From: a virus | DNA: 64,000 nucleotides | Strand: one strand, 5' to 3' | IMG/VR virus record: IMGVR_UViG_3300046787_000327 | Coordinates: 48,952-112,951 of that record | Part shown: piece by piece, positions 11,601-19,828 of the stretch | How the letters are laid out: each line of letters begins with the position of its first letter | Numbering within the stretch: the first letter of the stretch is position 1 | Program-made: the position numbers and the translations under genes | Notes under the pieces: model-generated | What the model saw: only the letters and a program-made list of their open reading frames with translations | Databases searched by the model: none | What the model was told of the DNA's origin: nothing

Positions 11601-12950
11601 GTAGGAAGTTCCACATACTATGTTGTTCCAGGAACCACACCAGACAAGAACATAAATATTTCTGGAGGATCTGGCGGTATGGCAGTAATGCTAAACCCAG
11701 AGACAAACAACGGTTACTACTTTGAGATTGTAGCAATTGGATCAGTAGGCGTAACTAATACTGCAACAAGTAATGTTAATAACGTATTTTTCTATAAGTT
11801 GCTGAAGGATGAGTTAGGAAATGCAGTGCCAGTTAAACTGTGGGAAGGACTATCAAACATCATCGTTGATGATGGAAATTTTGTTGGTCAGTACAGAGTT
11901 GCAGCAGAAGAAAACCCTACGGTCTACGACCTTTCTGTTGAATATGAAGATGTCGGATCTTTGAGAAGATTCTATCTATACATCAACAACACATTGGTAA
12001 AGATTGTAGACGACACAGCACCTCTTCCAGCATACAAAAATATGGCACTCTTTACAAGAGGTGCTTCTAGAGTTATGTTTGAAAACATCTTTGCAATCGC
12101 AAATAACTATTCTCAGAATACTTCTTTTGCACTAGACACACCAGTGCAGTCCATCTTTGATGGAGATGAGTTAAACGTAAATGAATCGTTTAGAAAATAT
12201 GCTATGAGTGGAATTGTACAGGGAACACACCTATCTGGGATATCTGCAAATGAGCCACCTAAGTACAACATATACTTTGAGGAGTTTGGAACCATTATGC
12301 GTGAAGCCTCTGTATTTAATATTAAGTATGATAAGGCCTACCCAGCATTATACGCAAAGTTGTCACCAACATTTAATAGATTAAAGGGATATACAGTATC
12401 TGGATTTAGAGCGGGATCGTATGGAGCAGACTTTATTATTTTCAATGCAACAGATACAGCCTTAAGCCTAGATGAGACAACTGGAAACTACCTTAGAATT
12501 CAGGGTATAACATTTACTCAGCAGTCTCAGAATGTGCTAAAGGTCGATGACTATTTCTCTAAAACCTCAAGTATGTCAGACCCTCTGATAAGTAATGGGG
12601 TAGTAATTGAGTCACCAATCAAGGCTAAAAAAGACTATGAAGATATTAAGATTAGCAGACTTACTTATGGCAAGAAGGACTTTAGTTTAAATGTTCCATA
12701 CATTCAGACACAAGATGATGCTACTGATTTGATGAAGTGGACAATCTCAAAGATCATGAAGCCTCGTAAGTCTATTGGTTTAAAGATTTTTGCAATGCCT
12801 ACGCTGCAACTGGGAGATTTAGTTAAGATCAACTATGTGAACAATGGTATTGATAAGGCTGGAACGAAAGACTATGTTATTTATAATATTGAGTACTCTA
12901 AGAACTCTAGTGGACCATCAATGAGCGTGTTTGTTAGTGAGGTATCATAA
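8619..12950 (+). CDS. Large tail tip / baseplate hub protein
   Basis: ~1440 aa, beta-rich; ATG at 8619 overlaps the upstream TAA. C-terminal PTLQLGDLVKI...YVIYNIEY pattern resembles hub/central fibre proteins. Confidence 0.7.
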   Translation: MFENKELQSHLEESQTVKSQSAIIAEWNMNIASNIQMIGNYRYRSTDPTSSFYLLPNSFDVNDSAGYYTGATDADITIDGGMDDLDVPTLLVSKKDKLKTLYSLEDCFKQFRPRSGINKARYISGSYLHHANTSMANRPRYYMPDKDDLFKYWTSYRTEGSSEYGIANKNVNNQKVIDDAVPFVVYKENVPANRLVVKMQTHIGTVDLGSMSNGSTSIPDPLYGNSNKATPLKWKIQHLKGNNWVDTYLFDYNTTRDNGSPVIGPDGYVELEYGLKVPARYKDRFIFAASVASETVLPDNNTEGYAYLVKENDLDIGTFYIWQGEAYETFAPEYGWQLASPDTDRLTNFVTDLTDPDRYTSNVDGTSKYREFEYIRGVRIVVNSMTKTNSTFDLIEISPRLSVNITDKVTDFSINKSASDLGLSGMPVGQLLASTGKLGLFDYDDAFNDENDSSIIKDYIARNIQFKFYEVIVDVDGFDYFVPLKTLYSDSFPSISNADKKVSISLRDMFFYLESTTAPQILSTETSLSSAVCLLLDYLGFSNYTFKRLPNEKEVIIPYFFIAPDTSIAQVLQDLAVSTQTAMFFDEYNNFVAMSKNYMLPAPGDRATSTTLFGTNDQQDSGVIENEHTNIKLANIIEYTDQDSKIYNDGSITYNARHIQKSIGSLKQASLIDNEKTWIYKPVLLWEVAGTQNTKSVNGEVGNQSSYVLSAIPLNSDLTADVPVVVNNKLINNTMNFGEAVYWITRYNGYFYANGEVIKFDAVEYNVAGIGNVWITDVQEYQDYASKVPFNGKIYPTGSVRIYSEPNYQEIAGVLKLKNGPVAKHGRGQFGTSVVSHKAGLDNYWSNNDNVRGVTMKIDSLFNSVATELPTTSTGLTVGAAGKSSFINLGTNPVGTPPTSNEIAQKTARNGIIKNFLSSTNLDQSVTNSLSSTQTGTVQSSALVLSGPAMTTYPKPTEFISYVYKPLTDKFKHFGTRMRIVGKIENNLDRGQSAVGSSTYYVVPGTTPDKNINISGGSGGMAVMLNPETNNGYYFEIVAIGSVGVTNTATSNVNNVFFYKLLKDELGNAVPVKLWEGLSNIIVDDGNFVGQYRVAAEENPTVYDLSVEYEDVGSLRRFYLYINNTLVKIVDDTAPLPAYKNMALFTRGASRVMFENIFAIANNYSQNTSFALDTPVQSIFDGDELNVNESFRKYAMSGIVQGTHLSGISANEPPKYNIYFEEFGTIMREASVFNIKYDKAYPALYAKLSPTFNRLKGYTVSGFRAGSYGADFIIFNATDTALSLDETTGNYLRIQGITFTQQSQNVLKVDDYFSKTSSMSDPLISNGVVIESPIKAKKDYEDIKISRLTYGKKDFSLNVPYIQTQDDATDLMKWTISKIMKPRKSIGLKIFAMPTLQLGDLVKINYVNNGIDKAGTKDYVIYNIEYSKNSSGPSMSVFVSEVS

Positions 12951-13447
12951 TGGCAATTGATGCAACAGCAAACCAACCAACGACTACTACTAGTTCTGCT
13001 GCTAACCCACCAGTAAAGGTGGCAACCCCAGACCTTTTTGTGTTCAAGGATGAAGTTGTTCCAATTGAGGTAATGACTGACCTTATCTTTGAAAATATCG
13101 GGGGACAAGAACTAATCAATATATCTAGACATGACATCATCTCTGGACAGAGTATTATGTACAGCCCTATTAAGAACATGAGCAGGTTGTATTTGCAGTA
13201 TAATCCTCAAAACATTCTTAATATTCAGGATACATCTGCTACATATTTTAGAAATTATCCAATCAAACTAGAGGCGTCAATCCCTTCGCCAGGATCAGGA
13301 CCAGATGGAGAGACTGTCTTTATTGATCCAGACACTGGAGACCTTGTGATTGAGGTTGTAAACCTTGAACCAGATGAGCAAATTGACGTACAGGTCTTGA
13401 TTTCTGGAACGCTACTTGATGGTACAATATATACTGGGGGAATTTAA
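12950..13447 (+). CDS. Minor tail protein (putative)
   Basis: Translationally coupled in the tail operon. Confidence 0.5.
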   Translation: MAIDATANQPTTTTSSAANPPVKVATPDLFVFKDEVVPIEVMTDLIFENIGGQELINISRHDIISGQSIMYSPIKNMSRLYLQYNPQNILNIQDTSATYFRNYPIKLEASIPSPGSGPDGETVFIDPDTGDLVIEVVNLEPDEQIDVQVLISGTLLDGTIYTGGI

Positions 13448-14607
13448 TGATTACAAATACTGGAAAAAGCATTATCACAAAATACTTGATTGGTCAAGCA
13501 CCAGCATATGCTTCTTATATTGCTGTTGGATGTGGCACAAATGCAATAGATCCCTCTGATTCATTTGGAGATTACTCTGACAAGACTACGCTAGATTTTG
13601 AAATGTTTCGTGTTCCAATCACATCTCGTGGATTTGTTACTGAAGATGGCCAGGACAAAATTGTTCTAACTGCTGAATTACCAACAGAAGAAAGATATGA
13701 GATCACAGAGGTGGGAGTTTATTCTGCTGGCTCTAACCCTTCAGTAGGTGCTTACGATAGCAGAACCCTTTATGCTTTTACAGAAAATGAAAACTGGGAG
13801 TACCACTCTGCAAATTCTGCTGCTGCAATTCCAGTAATCTATGAACCTCTTGATAGTGAAGAAGATGGGGTAATGTCATTTACCCAAAAGGTTATCCAAA
13901 CAAATGCAGACAATAGAACTTTTACTAGCAGTGAAAGATTAGACAGAAATGAAAGATGTCGCTTTTTAAATAATACCATCATGATGGCTGGAGATACCTC
14001 AAAGATATCTGTTAGCAACACTGGAAAACTTAGCGTAGTTCCAACATGGACCGTTGGTGGGCAATCCTTTACATCTACTCACGTACACCTTAATGGAATT
14101 GCTCCAGACTTTAACAGACAGTCTCCGCTAGATGAGATTAGAATGGCATTTTCTGTTGCTAATAAGGATGGATCATCTACACAGCGTCCATCAAAGATTT
14201 TGATCCTTGCAGAGTTCTCTTCTGATGATGCTCATGATACGGGTCAGTATGCAAGATTTGAGGTAAACATTGAGCACAATGCATCAAGTGAGACTAACAA
14301 TCTTTTAACCAATAGATACTTTGTTGTAAACAAGCAGTTACAGGAACTAACAAAGAGTCAGGACTTCTCTTGGAGTTCAGTTGACATCTTTAAGATTTAT
14401 GTTTGTGTATTAGATACAGATGGAAATCCATCAGACGATTATTATGTTTGTTTGGATGCTTTGCGACTTGAAAGTTTAAGTGCTCAGAACCCACTGTACG
14501 GATTATCTGGGTACACAGTTGTTAAGAATACATACTCTAGACCAATTGTCAAGTCTGCCAATACAACTAACTTCATTGAGTTTAGATTTAATGTTGGTGT
14601 AGCCTGA
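13447..14607 (+). CDS. Tail fibre/collar-like structural protein
   Basis: N-terminal MITNTGK...YIAVGCG...ITEVGVY resembles tail-fibre N-terminal (DUF3751-like) domains. Confidence 0.6.
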   Translation: MITNTGKSIITKYLIGQAPAYASYIAVGCGTNAIDPSDSFGDYSDKTTLDFEMFRVPITSRGFVTEDGQDKIVLTAELPTEERYEITEVGVYSAGSNPSVGAYDSRTLYAFTENENWEYHSANSAAAIPVIYEPLDSEEDGVMSFTQKVIQTNADNRTFTSSERLDRNERCRFLNNTIMMAGDTSKISVSNTGKLSVVPTWTVGGQSFTSTHVHLNGIAPDFNRQSPLDEIRMAFSVANKDGSSTQRPSKILILAEFSSDDAHDTGQYARFEVNIEHNASSETNNLLTNRYFVVNKQLQELTKSQDFSWSSVDIFKIYVCVLDTDGNPSDDYYVCLDALRLESLSAQNPLYGLSGYTVVKNTYSRPIVKSANTTNFIEFRFNVGVA

Positions 14608-15041
14608 TGGCAACAAGTAAGGTTAAGCGGGTAGTAATTAAAAAAGAAGATCTTCCTGCCTATAGTGGAGACAACCAGTCATATATATTAAGGTACAGAG
14701 TAATATCTGAAGACCGAAATAGATCTTCTCAGTGGTCTCCTCAATATAGACTTCCCATCCCATCACAAACACAGATTGAATATGCAATTACAGCCAACCC
14801 AACAACTAAAATGATCAATCTAGTGTGGGGAACATCTGAAGCATCTAAGTTCGATGTATACATTAAATGGGATAGTAGTCCTTATATCTATGCAGGATCT
14901 GTGAATACATCAATGTATGCTTGTTTAATTAAGAATGGTGCATCATCTGTAAAGATTGCTGTACAGGTTCCAACATTTCCAAAGCAGAGATTCACCAGTG
15001 CAACACTTTTTGAAACCACTGAAACCAGTGTAGTGGTATAA
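14607..15041 (+). CDS. Minor tail protein (putative, FN3-like beta content)
   Basis: Coupled in the tail operon; beta-strand pattern. Confidence 0.45.
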   Translation: MATSKVKRVVIKKEDLPAYSGDNQSYILRYRVISEDRNRSSQWSPQYRLPIPSQTQIEYAITANPTTKMINLVWGTSEASKFDVYIKWDSSPYIYAGSVNTSMYACLIKNGASSVKIAVQVPTFPKQRFTSATLFETTETSVVV

Positions 15042-15048
15042 TAGTAGT

Positions 15049-15492
15049 ATGGCAAAAATTCCTCTCCCAGAGCGTGGTCAACCACTAGATGTTGCATACA
15101 TCTATCAGTTGGCTAATGCTATTAATGAACTGTCTAGCCAGGTATCTCCAGCATTATACAAGTATGTTACTATTGATACCCCAGGTGTAGGTCAGCAAAG
15201 CGTAAAGGCTTCTGAGGCAAGGATTCTTGGCGGGTACAAAGAGATCGTAAATAGTGCAAGCAAGACAAAGGGTGACACAGTTCCGTTCTCTTATGAGTTT
15301 AGCACTGACTTCAAGTACGCACCTGTAGCAGTTGCTACGCCTCTTAATGTTGGAAACACTCCTGCAGGAAAGAATGTCTCTGTTGTTTTAAAATCTGTAA
15401 CTACATCAAAAATTGAGGGTGTTGTAATCTTCAATGAAACAGGAGACCTTTCTGTAGCAGTAAACCTAGTAGTTATCGGAATCCCTAACTAA
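15049..15492 (+). CDS. Putative tail fibre tip protein
   Basis: F-x-x-x-F-x-x-x-P-V motif (FSTDFKYAPVAV) seen in gp53-like/H-lectin tail domains; TGGTATAAT just upstream suggests a leaderless start. Confidence 0.45.
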   Translation: MAKIPLPERGQPLDVAYIYQLANAINELSSQVSPALYKYVTIDTPGVGQQSVKASEARILGGYKEIVNSASKTKGDTVPFSYEFSTDFKYAPVAVATPLNVGNTPAGKNVSVVLKSVTTSKIEGVVIFNETGDLSVAVNLVVIGIPN

Positions 15493-15683
15493 TGCTTAAA
15501 TGTGAAAAATGCAAAAGTAGAATGTTTGTTGATAGACAATATAGTAGTTCTACACACCTAGAAACTTACTGCATCATGTGCGGTCATAGAAGATTTTTTA
15601 ATCCACCACAGAATTCATCGGAGGGCAGATGGCTTTTAGAAAAGGAAGCATCGAGAGCGAAGGCTACAATAACGCACCTGTAA
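15492..15683 (+). CDS. Small zinc-ribbon protein
   Basis: CEKC...CIMC. Confidence 0.6.
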   Translation: MLKCEKCKSRMFVDRQYSSSTHLETYCIMCGHRRFFNPPQNSSEGRWLLEKEASRAKATITHL

Positions 15684-16171
15684 TTCCAGGGAATAAAAAA
15701 GTTTGGTTTCTCAATGGTGATCTTGTTAGAATTCATCATCTCAATAGATCTAATGGCATCATGTCTGTTTATAATATTACACAGGACAGGCTTGAAAGTT
15801 GTTTGATTGGTGACTTTAAAAAGAAGAGAGAGCGAGCCTACACTGTAGGGGAAACTGCTATTCTTGTTAATAGGCATAAGAAATATATGCCATCATTAAT
15901 GAAACGAGGAATCATTCCTCACCCAATGGGGTCTCAGAAAGGTGGCAAGACTGGCTTTCAGGTAAGATCCTATTACTCAGAATCGCAAGTTAGAGCCATC
16001 CGTGATATACTTGCTACATACCATATTGGTAGGCCACGCAAAGATAATTTAATAACAAATGATATGACTCCCAGTGTGCAAGAGTTGACACGGCGTATGG
16101 GAGACGGTATACTTACATATGTAAGAACTGAAGATGGAAGGTTTGTTCCAGTTTGGAATGAGTCTATTTAA
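15629..16171 (+). CDS. Putative DNA-binding protein (MerR-like HTH)
   Basis: AYTVGETAILVNRH...RGIIP...RSYYSESQV pattern. Confidence 0.55.
   Translation: MAFRKGSIESEGYNNAPVIPGNKKVWFLNGDLVRIHHLNRSNGIMSVYNITQDRLESCLIGDFKKKRERAYTVGETAILVNRHKKYMPSLMKRGIIPHPMGSQKGGKTGFQVRSYYSESQVRAIRDILATYHIGRPRKDNLITNDMTPSVQELTRRMGDGILTYVRTEDGRFVPVWNESI
16085..16113 (+). promoter_or_regulatory. Sigma70/SigA-type promoter for the replication block
   Basis: TTGACA-17 nt-TATACT. Confidence 0.7.
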
Positions 16172-16184
16172 CGAAGGGTATGAA

Positions 16185-16394
16185 ATGGAAAACGAATCAA
16201 CAAAGGTATCTGTTACACTAGGATACACACTTAATCTAGGAAACTTTCAGTCACTCAGAATTGATCTGGGTATTGTAGAGTCTCGTAAGAATGGTGAAAC
16301 AATTGACCAAGCCTTTGAGCGTGTCTACAAGTTCGTTGAGGACAAGTTGACAGACAAGATCAAGGAAGCCCAATCGGAGGCATCTGAAGACTAA
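16185..16394 (+). CDS. Hypothetical protein
   Basis: ATG 16185 after GAAGGG; TLNLGNFQSLRID motif. Confidence 0.6.
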   Translation: MENESTKVSVTLGYTLNLGNFQSLRIDLGIVESRKNGETIDQAFERVYKFVEDKLTDKIKEAQSEASED

Positions 16395-16702
16395 TGGCAG
16401 AACGCAAAGACCGCATGGCTTTGCTTTCACGCTACAGCAAGTTCCATACTGCAAAGTATGAGCAAAAGCCATCACTAAACCTAAATGTAGAACAATGGGC
16501 AGCAGATGCTCTCATTGAGTCCTACGGCATTGGAGGATGCTATGATATTCTTGAGTATTACTTTAGTATTGCTCAGTCTCCTAGTTGGAACTACTTTTCG
16601 TACAATACGGAAAAAATATTTCAAGCAAAGTTAGATAAAGAGAAAGACCAAAAAGAGAGAGAAGAGCGTAGACGAATGGCAAAGGAGTGGCTAAGTGAAT
16701 AA
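16394..16702 (+). CDS. Hypothetical protein, possible helicase-loader partner
   Basis: Coupled directly upstream of DnaB; function from position only. Confidence 0.5.
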   Translation: MAERKDRMALLSRYSKFHTAKYEQKPSLNLNVEQWAADALIESYGIGGCYDILEYYFSIAQSPSWNYFSYNTEKIFQAKLDKEKDQKEREERRRMAKEWLSE

Positions 16703-17915
16703 TACAGAGGCAAAGGTAATCTCCGCAGTCCTACAGGATAAGCAGGTCCATGTTCTTTTACAAGCAAACATCGACAATCTTCTCAGAACTCATAATGATG
16801 TCTGGGACTTTATCCGCAATTACTTTGAGAACAATAGTGCATGTCCTCCAGTATCTTTGGTTGTTGAAAAGTTTAGAGACTTTCACCCTATTGATGGTGT
16901 TGGTGCAACCAAGCATCACCTGGAAGAACTGCAAACAGAATACCTCAATGATAGTCTAAAAGACATTTTGAGATCTGCAGCAGGAGATGTTCAAGCAGGC
17001 AATGGCAATGCAGCACTAGACCATTTGATTACACAGACCTCAGAACTTAAGAAAAACACTTCTGCAATTCGTGATATCGATGTAACAGATCTAGAGTCTG
17101 CACTTGCATACTTCGAGCACCTAAAGGAGCAGAAGTTGCTTGGTCATGTTGGTATCAAAACTAACTTGCCAGGGTTTGACAACTACCTTCCTTCTGGAAT
17201 TATGCCTGGACAACTTGGCGTGTTTCTTGCTTATCCTGGTATTGGTAAATCATGGATGGCCCTATACTTTGCGGTACAGGCTTGGAAGCAGGGCAAGTCT
17301 CCACTAGTAATCTCACTTGAAATGTCTGAGACTGAAGTTCGTAACCGTGTATTTACTATCATGGGTGAAGGTCTTTGGTCACATCGCAAGTTATCAAATG
17401 GTGAAGTAGAACTAGACACCCTTAAGGAATGGCACAAGCGTCATCTAGAGGGTAAGCCAGAGTTCCACATCATCTCTAATGATAACGGTGGCGAGATCAA
17501 TCCTTCCGTACTTCGTGGAAAGATTGACCAGTACAAGCCAGACTTTGTGATTGTGGACTACCTACAGTTGATGAGCCCAAACCAAAAGGCTGATAACGAA
17601 ACGGTAAAGATGAAGAACCTTTCACGAGAACTTAAACTTATGGCTATTGGAGAAGAGATTCCACTAATTGCTATTTCATCTGCTACTCCAGACGATGTTA
17701 ATGATCTTAGTGGTGTTCCTACACTTGGACAGACCGCTTGGTCTAGACAGATCGCCTATGATGCTGACTGGGTTATTGCCCTTGGTCGTGCCACCAACAG
17801 CGATGTCATTGAGTGTGCATTCCGTAAGAACCGTAACGGCTTTATGGGAGACTTCCTAGTACAGGTTGACTTTGATAGAGGGTACTATCGATATAAAGAT
17901 TTTGAAGATAAGTAG
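16695..17915 (+). CDS. dnaB: Replicative DNA helicase (DnaB family)
   Basis: Walker A AYPGIGKS, SLEM, IVDYLQLM, KNRNG motifs. Confidence 0.95.
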   Translation: MNNTEAKVISAVLQDKQVHVLLQANIDNLLRTHNDVWDFIRNYFENNSACPPVSLVVEKFRDFHPIDGVGATKHHLEELQTEYLNDSLKDILRSAAGDVQAGNGNAALDHLITQTSELKKNTSAIRDIDVTDLESALAYFEHLKEQKLLGHVGIKTNLPGFDNYLPSGIMPGQLGVFLAYPGIGKSWMALYFAVQAWKQGKSPLVISLEMSETEVRNRVFTIMGEGLWSHRKLSNGEVELDTLKEWHKRHLEGKPEFHIISNDNGGEINPSVLRGKIDQYKPDFVIVDYLQLMSPNQKADNETVKMKNLSRELKLMAIGEEIPLIAISSATPDDVNDLSGVPTLGQTAWSRQIAYDADWVIALGRATNSDVIECAFRKNRNGFMGDFLVQVDFDRGYYRYKDFEDK

Positions 17916-17927
17916 TTATAATATGAT

Positions 17928-18281
17928 ATGCAAGAAATCAAGGGGTACGCCCCACCTACCTTCTACCATCATAGGCCTATCAAGAAGTTCTATCTTGATG
18001 GGGTCATACATGATGAGTCAGCACTTGGTAGGTTAAAGGATGAATACATTAGGCTCTTGGACTCAGAAATGCGACTTTCTGGATATGTCCCAAGGCTTGA
18101 CATAATCCCAGATTTTACGATAGACTATAACCACACAAAAAAATATTTTGAATTTCAACTAACAGTACACGGGACTTATACAGGGAGAAAACAGAGCGAA
18201 TGGATAGCAGGAATAGACGTAAGCACACCAATCTATATACAAAAGAACAAATTAAAAGAGTCCTTACGGGAACAGGTGTAA
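17928..18281 (+). CDS. Hypothetical protein
   Basis: 117 aa ORF preceded by TATAAT (leaderless). Confidence 0.6.
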   Translation: MQEIKGYAPPTFYHHRPIKKFYLDGVIHDESALGRLKDEYIRLLDSEMRLSGYVPRLDIIPDFTIDYNHTKKYFEFQLTVHGTYTGRKQSEWIAGIDVSTPIYIQKNKLKESLREQV

Positions 18282-19144
18282 CCATTGAGTCAGAGATTGA
18301 CTCTGACTATATCGTCTTTTGTCCTTACCATAACAACAACAGAACCCCTGCAGGAGAAGTAGATAAGTTTAATGGAACCTTCTTTTGCTTTTCATGTCAC
18401 CATGTGGCTAATCTAGTTGAGTTTGTTATGCACATGTCAAGTCGCACTTACTTCGAGGCTGTTAGATATATTAAAGGCAAAGAGACTGAGCAAGATCTTG
18501 AAAGAGATATTAATCAGAAACTTCTTGCAAAGCCTGACTTCGTTCCATATGATGAACTAATTCTCAAGAGACTAAATAATAACTTATTTGGATCTGACAG
18601 AGCAAAGAACTATTTTGAATATAGAAAGATTACTCCAGCATCTTGGTCAAAGTTTACACTAGGTTTCTCTGAGAAACAGGATATGGTTACTGTACCAGTG
18701 CACAGTCCAGATGGAATGCCTGTAGGGTTTGTTGGTAGATCAATTGAAGGTAAGGAGTTTAAGAATACTCCAGGTCTGCCTAAAGCAAAAACATTGTTTA
18801 ATCTTCATAGAGTAAAGACTGCAGATAAAGTCTATGTGGTAGAATCATCTTTCGATGCAATTCGTTTAGACCAGGTTGGATTTCCTGCAGTAGCAACCCT
18901 TGGTGCGAATGTATCAAACATACAAATAGAATTGCTTCAGAAGTATTTCAATAACATTATTGTTATTGCAGATAATGATGAGGCGGGAGGAAATATGAAA
19001 ACTAAGATAATTGAAAAACTTGGTTCTCGTGTATCCGTTATACAACTAAATAAACAATATAAAGATATAGGCGACATGGATGACAAGTCTATTAAAGAAC
19101 TAGATTATGAGTTTGACAAGTCAATACTATCCATGCTAAACTAA
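18200..19144 (+). CDS. dnaG: DNA primase (zinc finger + TOPRIM)
   Basis: CPYH...CFSC zinc finger; VVESSFDA and DNDEAG TOPRIM motifs. Confidence 0.92.
   Translation: MDSRNRRKHTNLYTKEQIKRVLTGTGVTIESEIDSDYIVFCPYHNNNRTPAGEVDKFNGTFFCFSCHHVANLVEFVMHMSSRTYFEAVRYIKGKETEQDLERDINQKLLAKPDFVPYDELILKRLNNNLFGSDRAKNYFEYRKITPASWSKFTLGFSEKQDMVTVPVHSPDGMPVGFVGRSIEGKEFKNTPGLPKAKTLFNLHRVKTADKVYVVESSFDAIRLDQVGFPAVATLGANVSNIQIELLQKYFNNIIVIADNDEAGGNMKTKIIEKLGSRVSVIQLNKQYKDIGDMDDKSIKELDYEFDKSILSMLN
19113..19142 (+). promoter_or_regulatory. SigA-type promoter for ssb/dnaE
   Basis: TTGACA-18 nt-TAAACT, with TG extension. Confidence 0.6.
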
Positions 19145-19171
19145 TACATAACAACACAAAAGGAGCAACAC

Positions 19172-19825
19172 ATGAGCGTAATTAAAGGTCTTAAGGACAT
19201 TAGCGCACTACTCGACAAGCCAAAGTACGAAAGTACAGGACAAAAGGTTCGTTGGGTAAAGTTAGCAGATGGTCAATCTGCAAAGATCCGTTTCGTAGAG
19301 GAACTCGATCAAGACTCAGCACACTACAACGAGGGCCGTGGTCTTTCAGTAGTAGTATCAGAACACACAAACCCAAAGGATTACAAGCGTAAGGCTGCTT
19401 GCACTATTGATTCAGAGGGTCGCTGCTTCGGTTGCGAAATGGCAAAGAAGGAACCTAAGTCTGGCTGGAGAGCACGACTTCGTTTCTACTGCAATGTCCT
19501 AATCAATGACGGTACAGAAGATGCATACATCGCTGTATGGTCACAGGGTATCTCAAAGCAGTCAGCATTCAATAACATTCGTGAGTATGCACTTGATACA
19601 GGTAGCATCTCAAACCTTGAGTGGAAGTTAAAGCGTAATGGACAGGGAACTGAAACCAACTACACACTTCTACCTTCAAAGCCAGATACAGAACCATTTG
19701 CATGGGAAGGCTTTGAATACTTCAACCTAGAAAAGGTTGTCCGTGAAGTTCCTTACCCAGAGCAGGAAGCATTCTACTTTGGGTTTGACACTCCATCCGT
19801 TACCAGCACGAATATCGACTGGTAA
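19172..19825 (+). CDS. Single-stranded DNA-binding protein (gp32-like)
   Basis: KLADGQSAKIRF, Cys cluster, KRNGQGTETNY, acidic/aromatic C-terminus (NIDW); lies between primase and polymerase. Confidence 0.75.
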   Translation: MSVIKGLKDISALLDKPKYESTGQKVRWVKLADGQSAKIRFVEELDQDSAHYNEGRGLSVVVSEHTNPKDYKRKAACTIDSEGRCFGCEMAKKEPKSGWRARLRFYCNVLINDGTEDAYIAVWSQGISKQSAFNNIREYALDTGSISNLEWKLKRNGQGTETNYTLLPSKPDTEPFAWEGFEYFNLEKVVREVPYPEQEAFYFGFDTPSVTSTNIDW

Positions 19826-19828
19826 TAA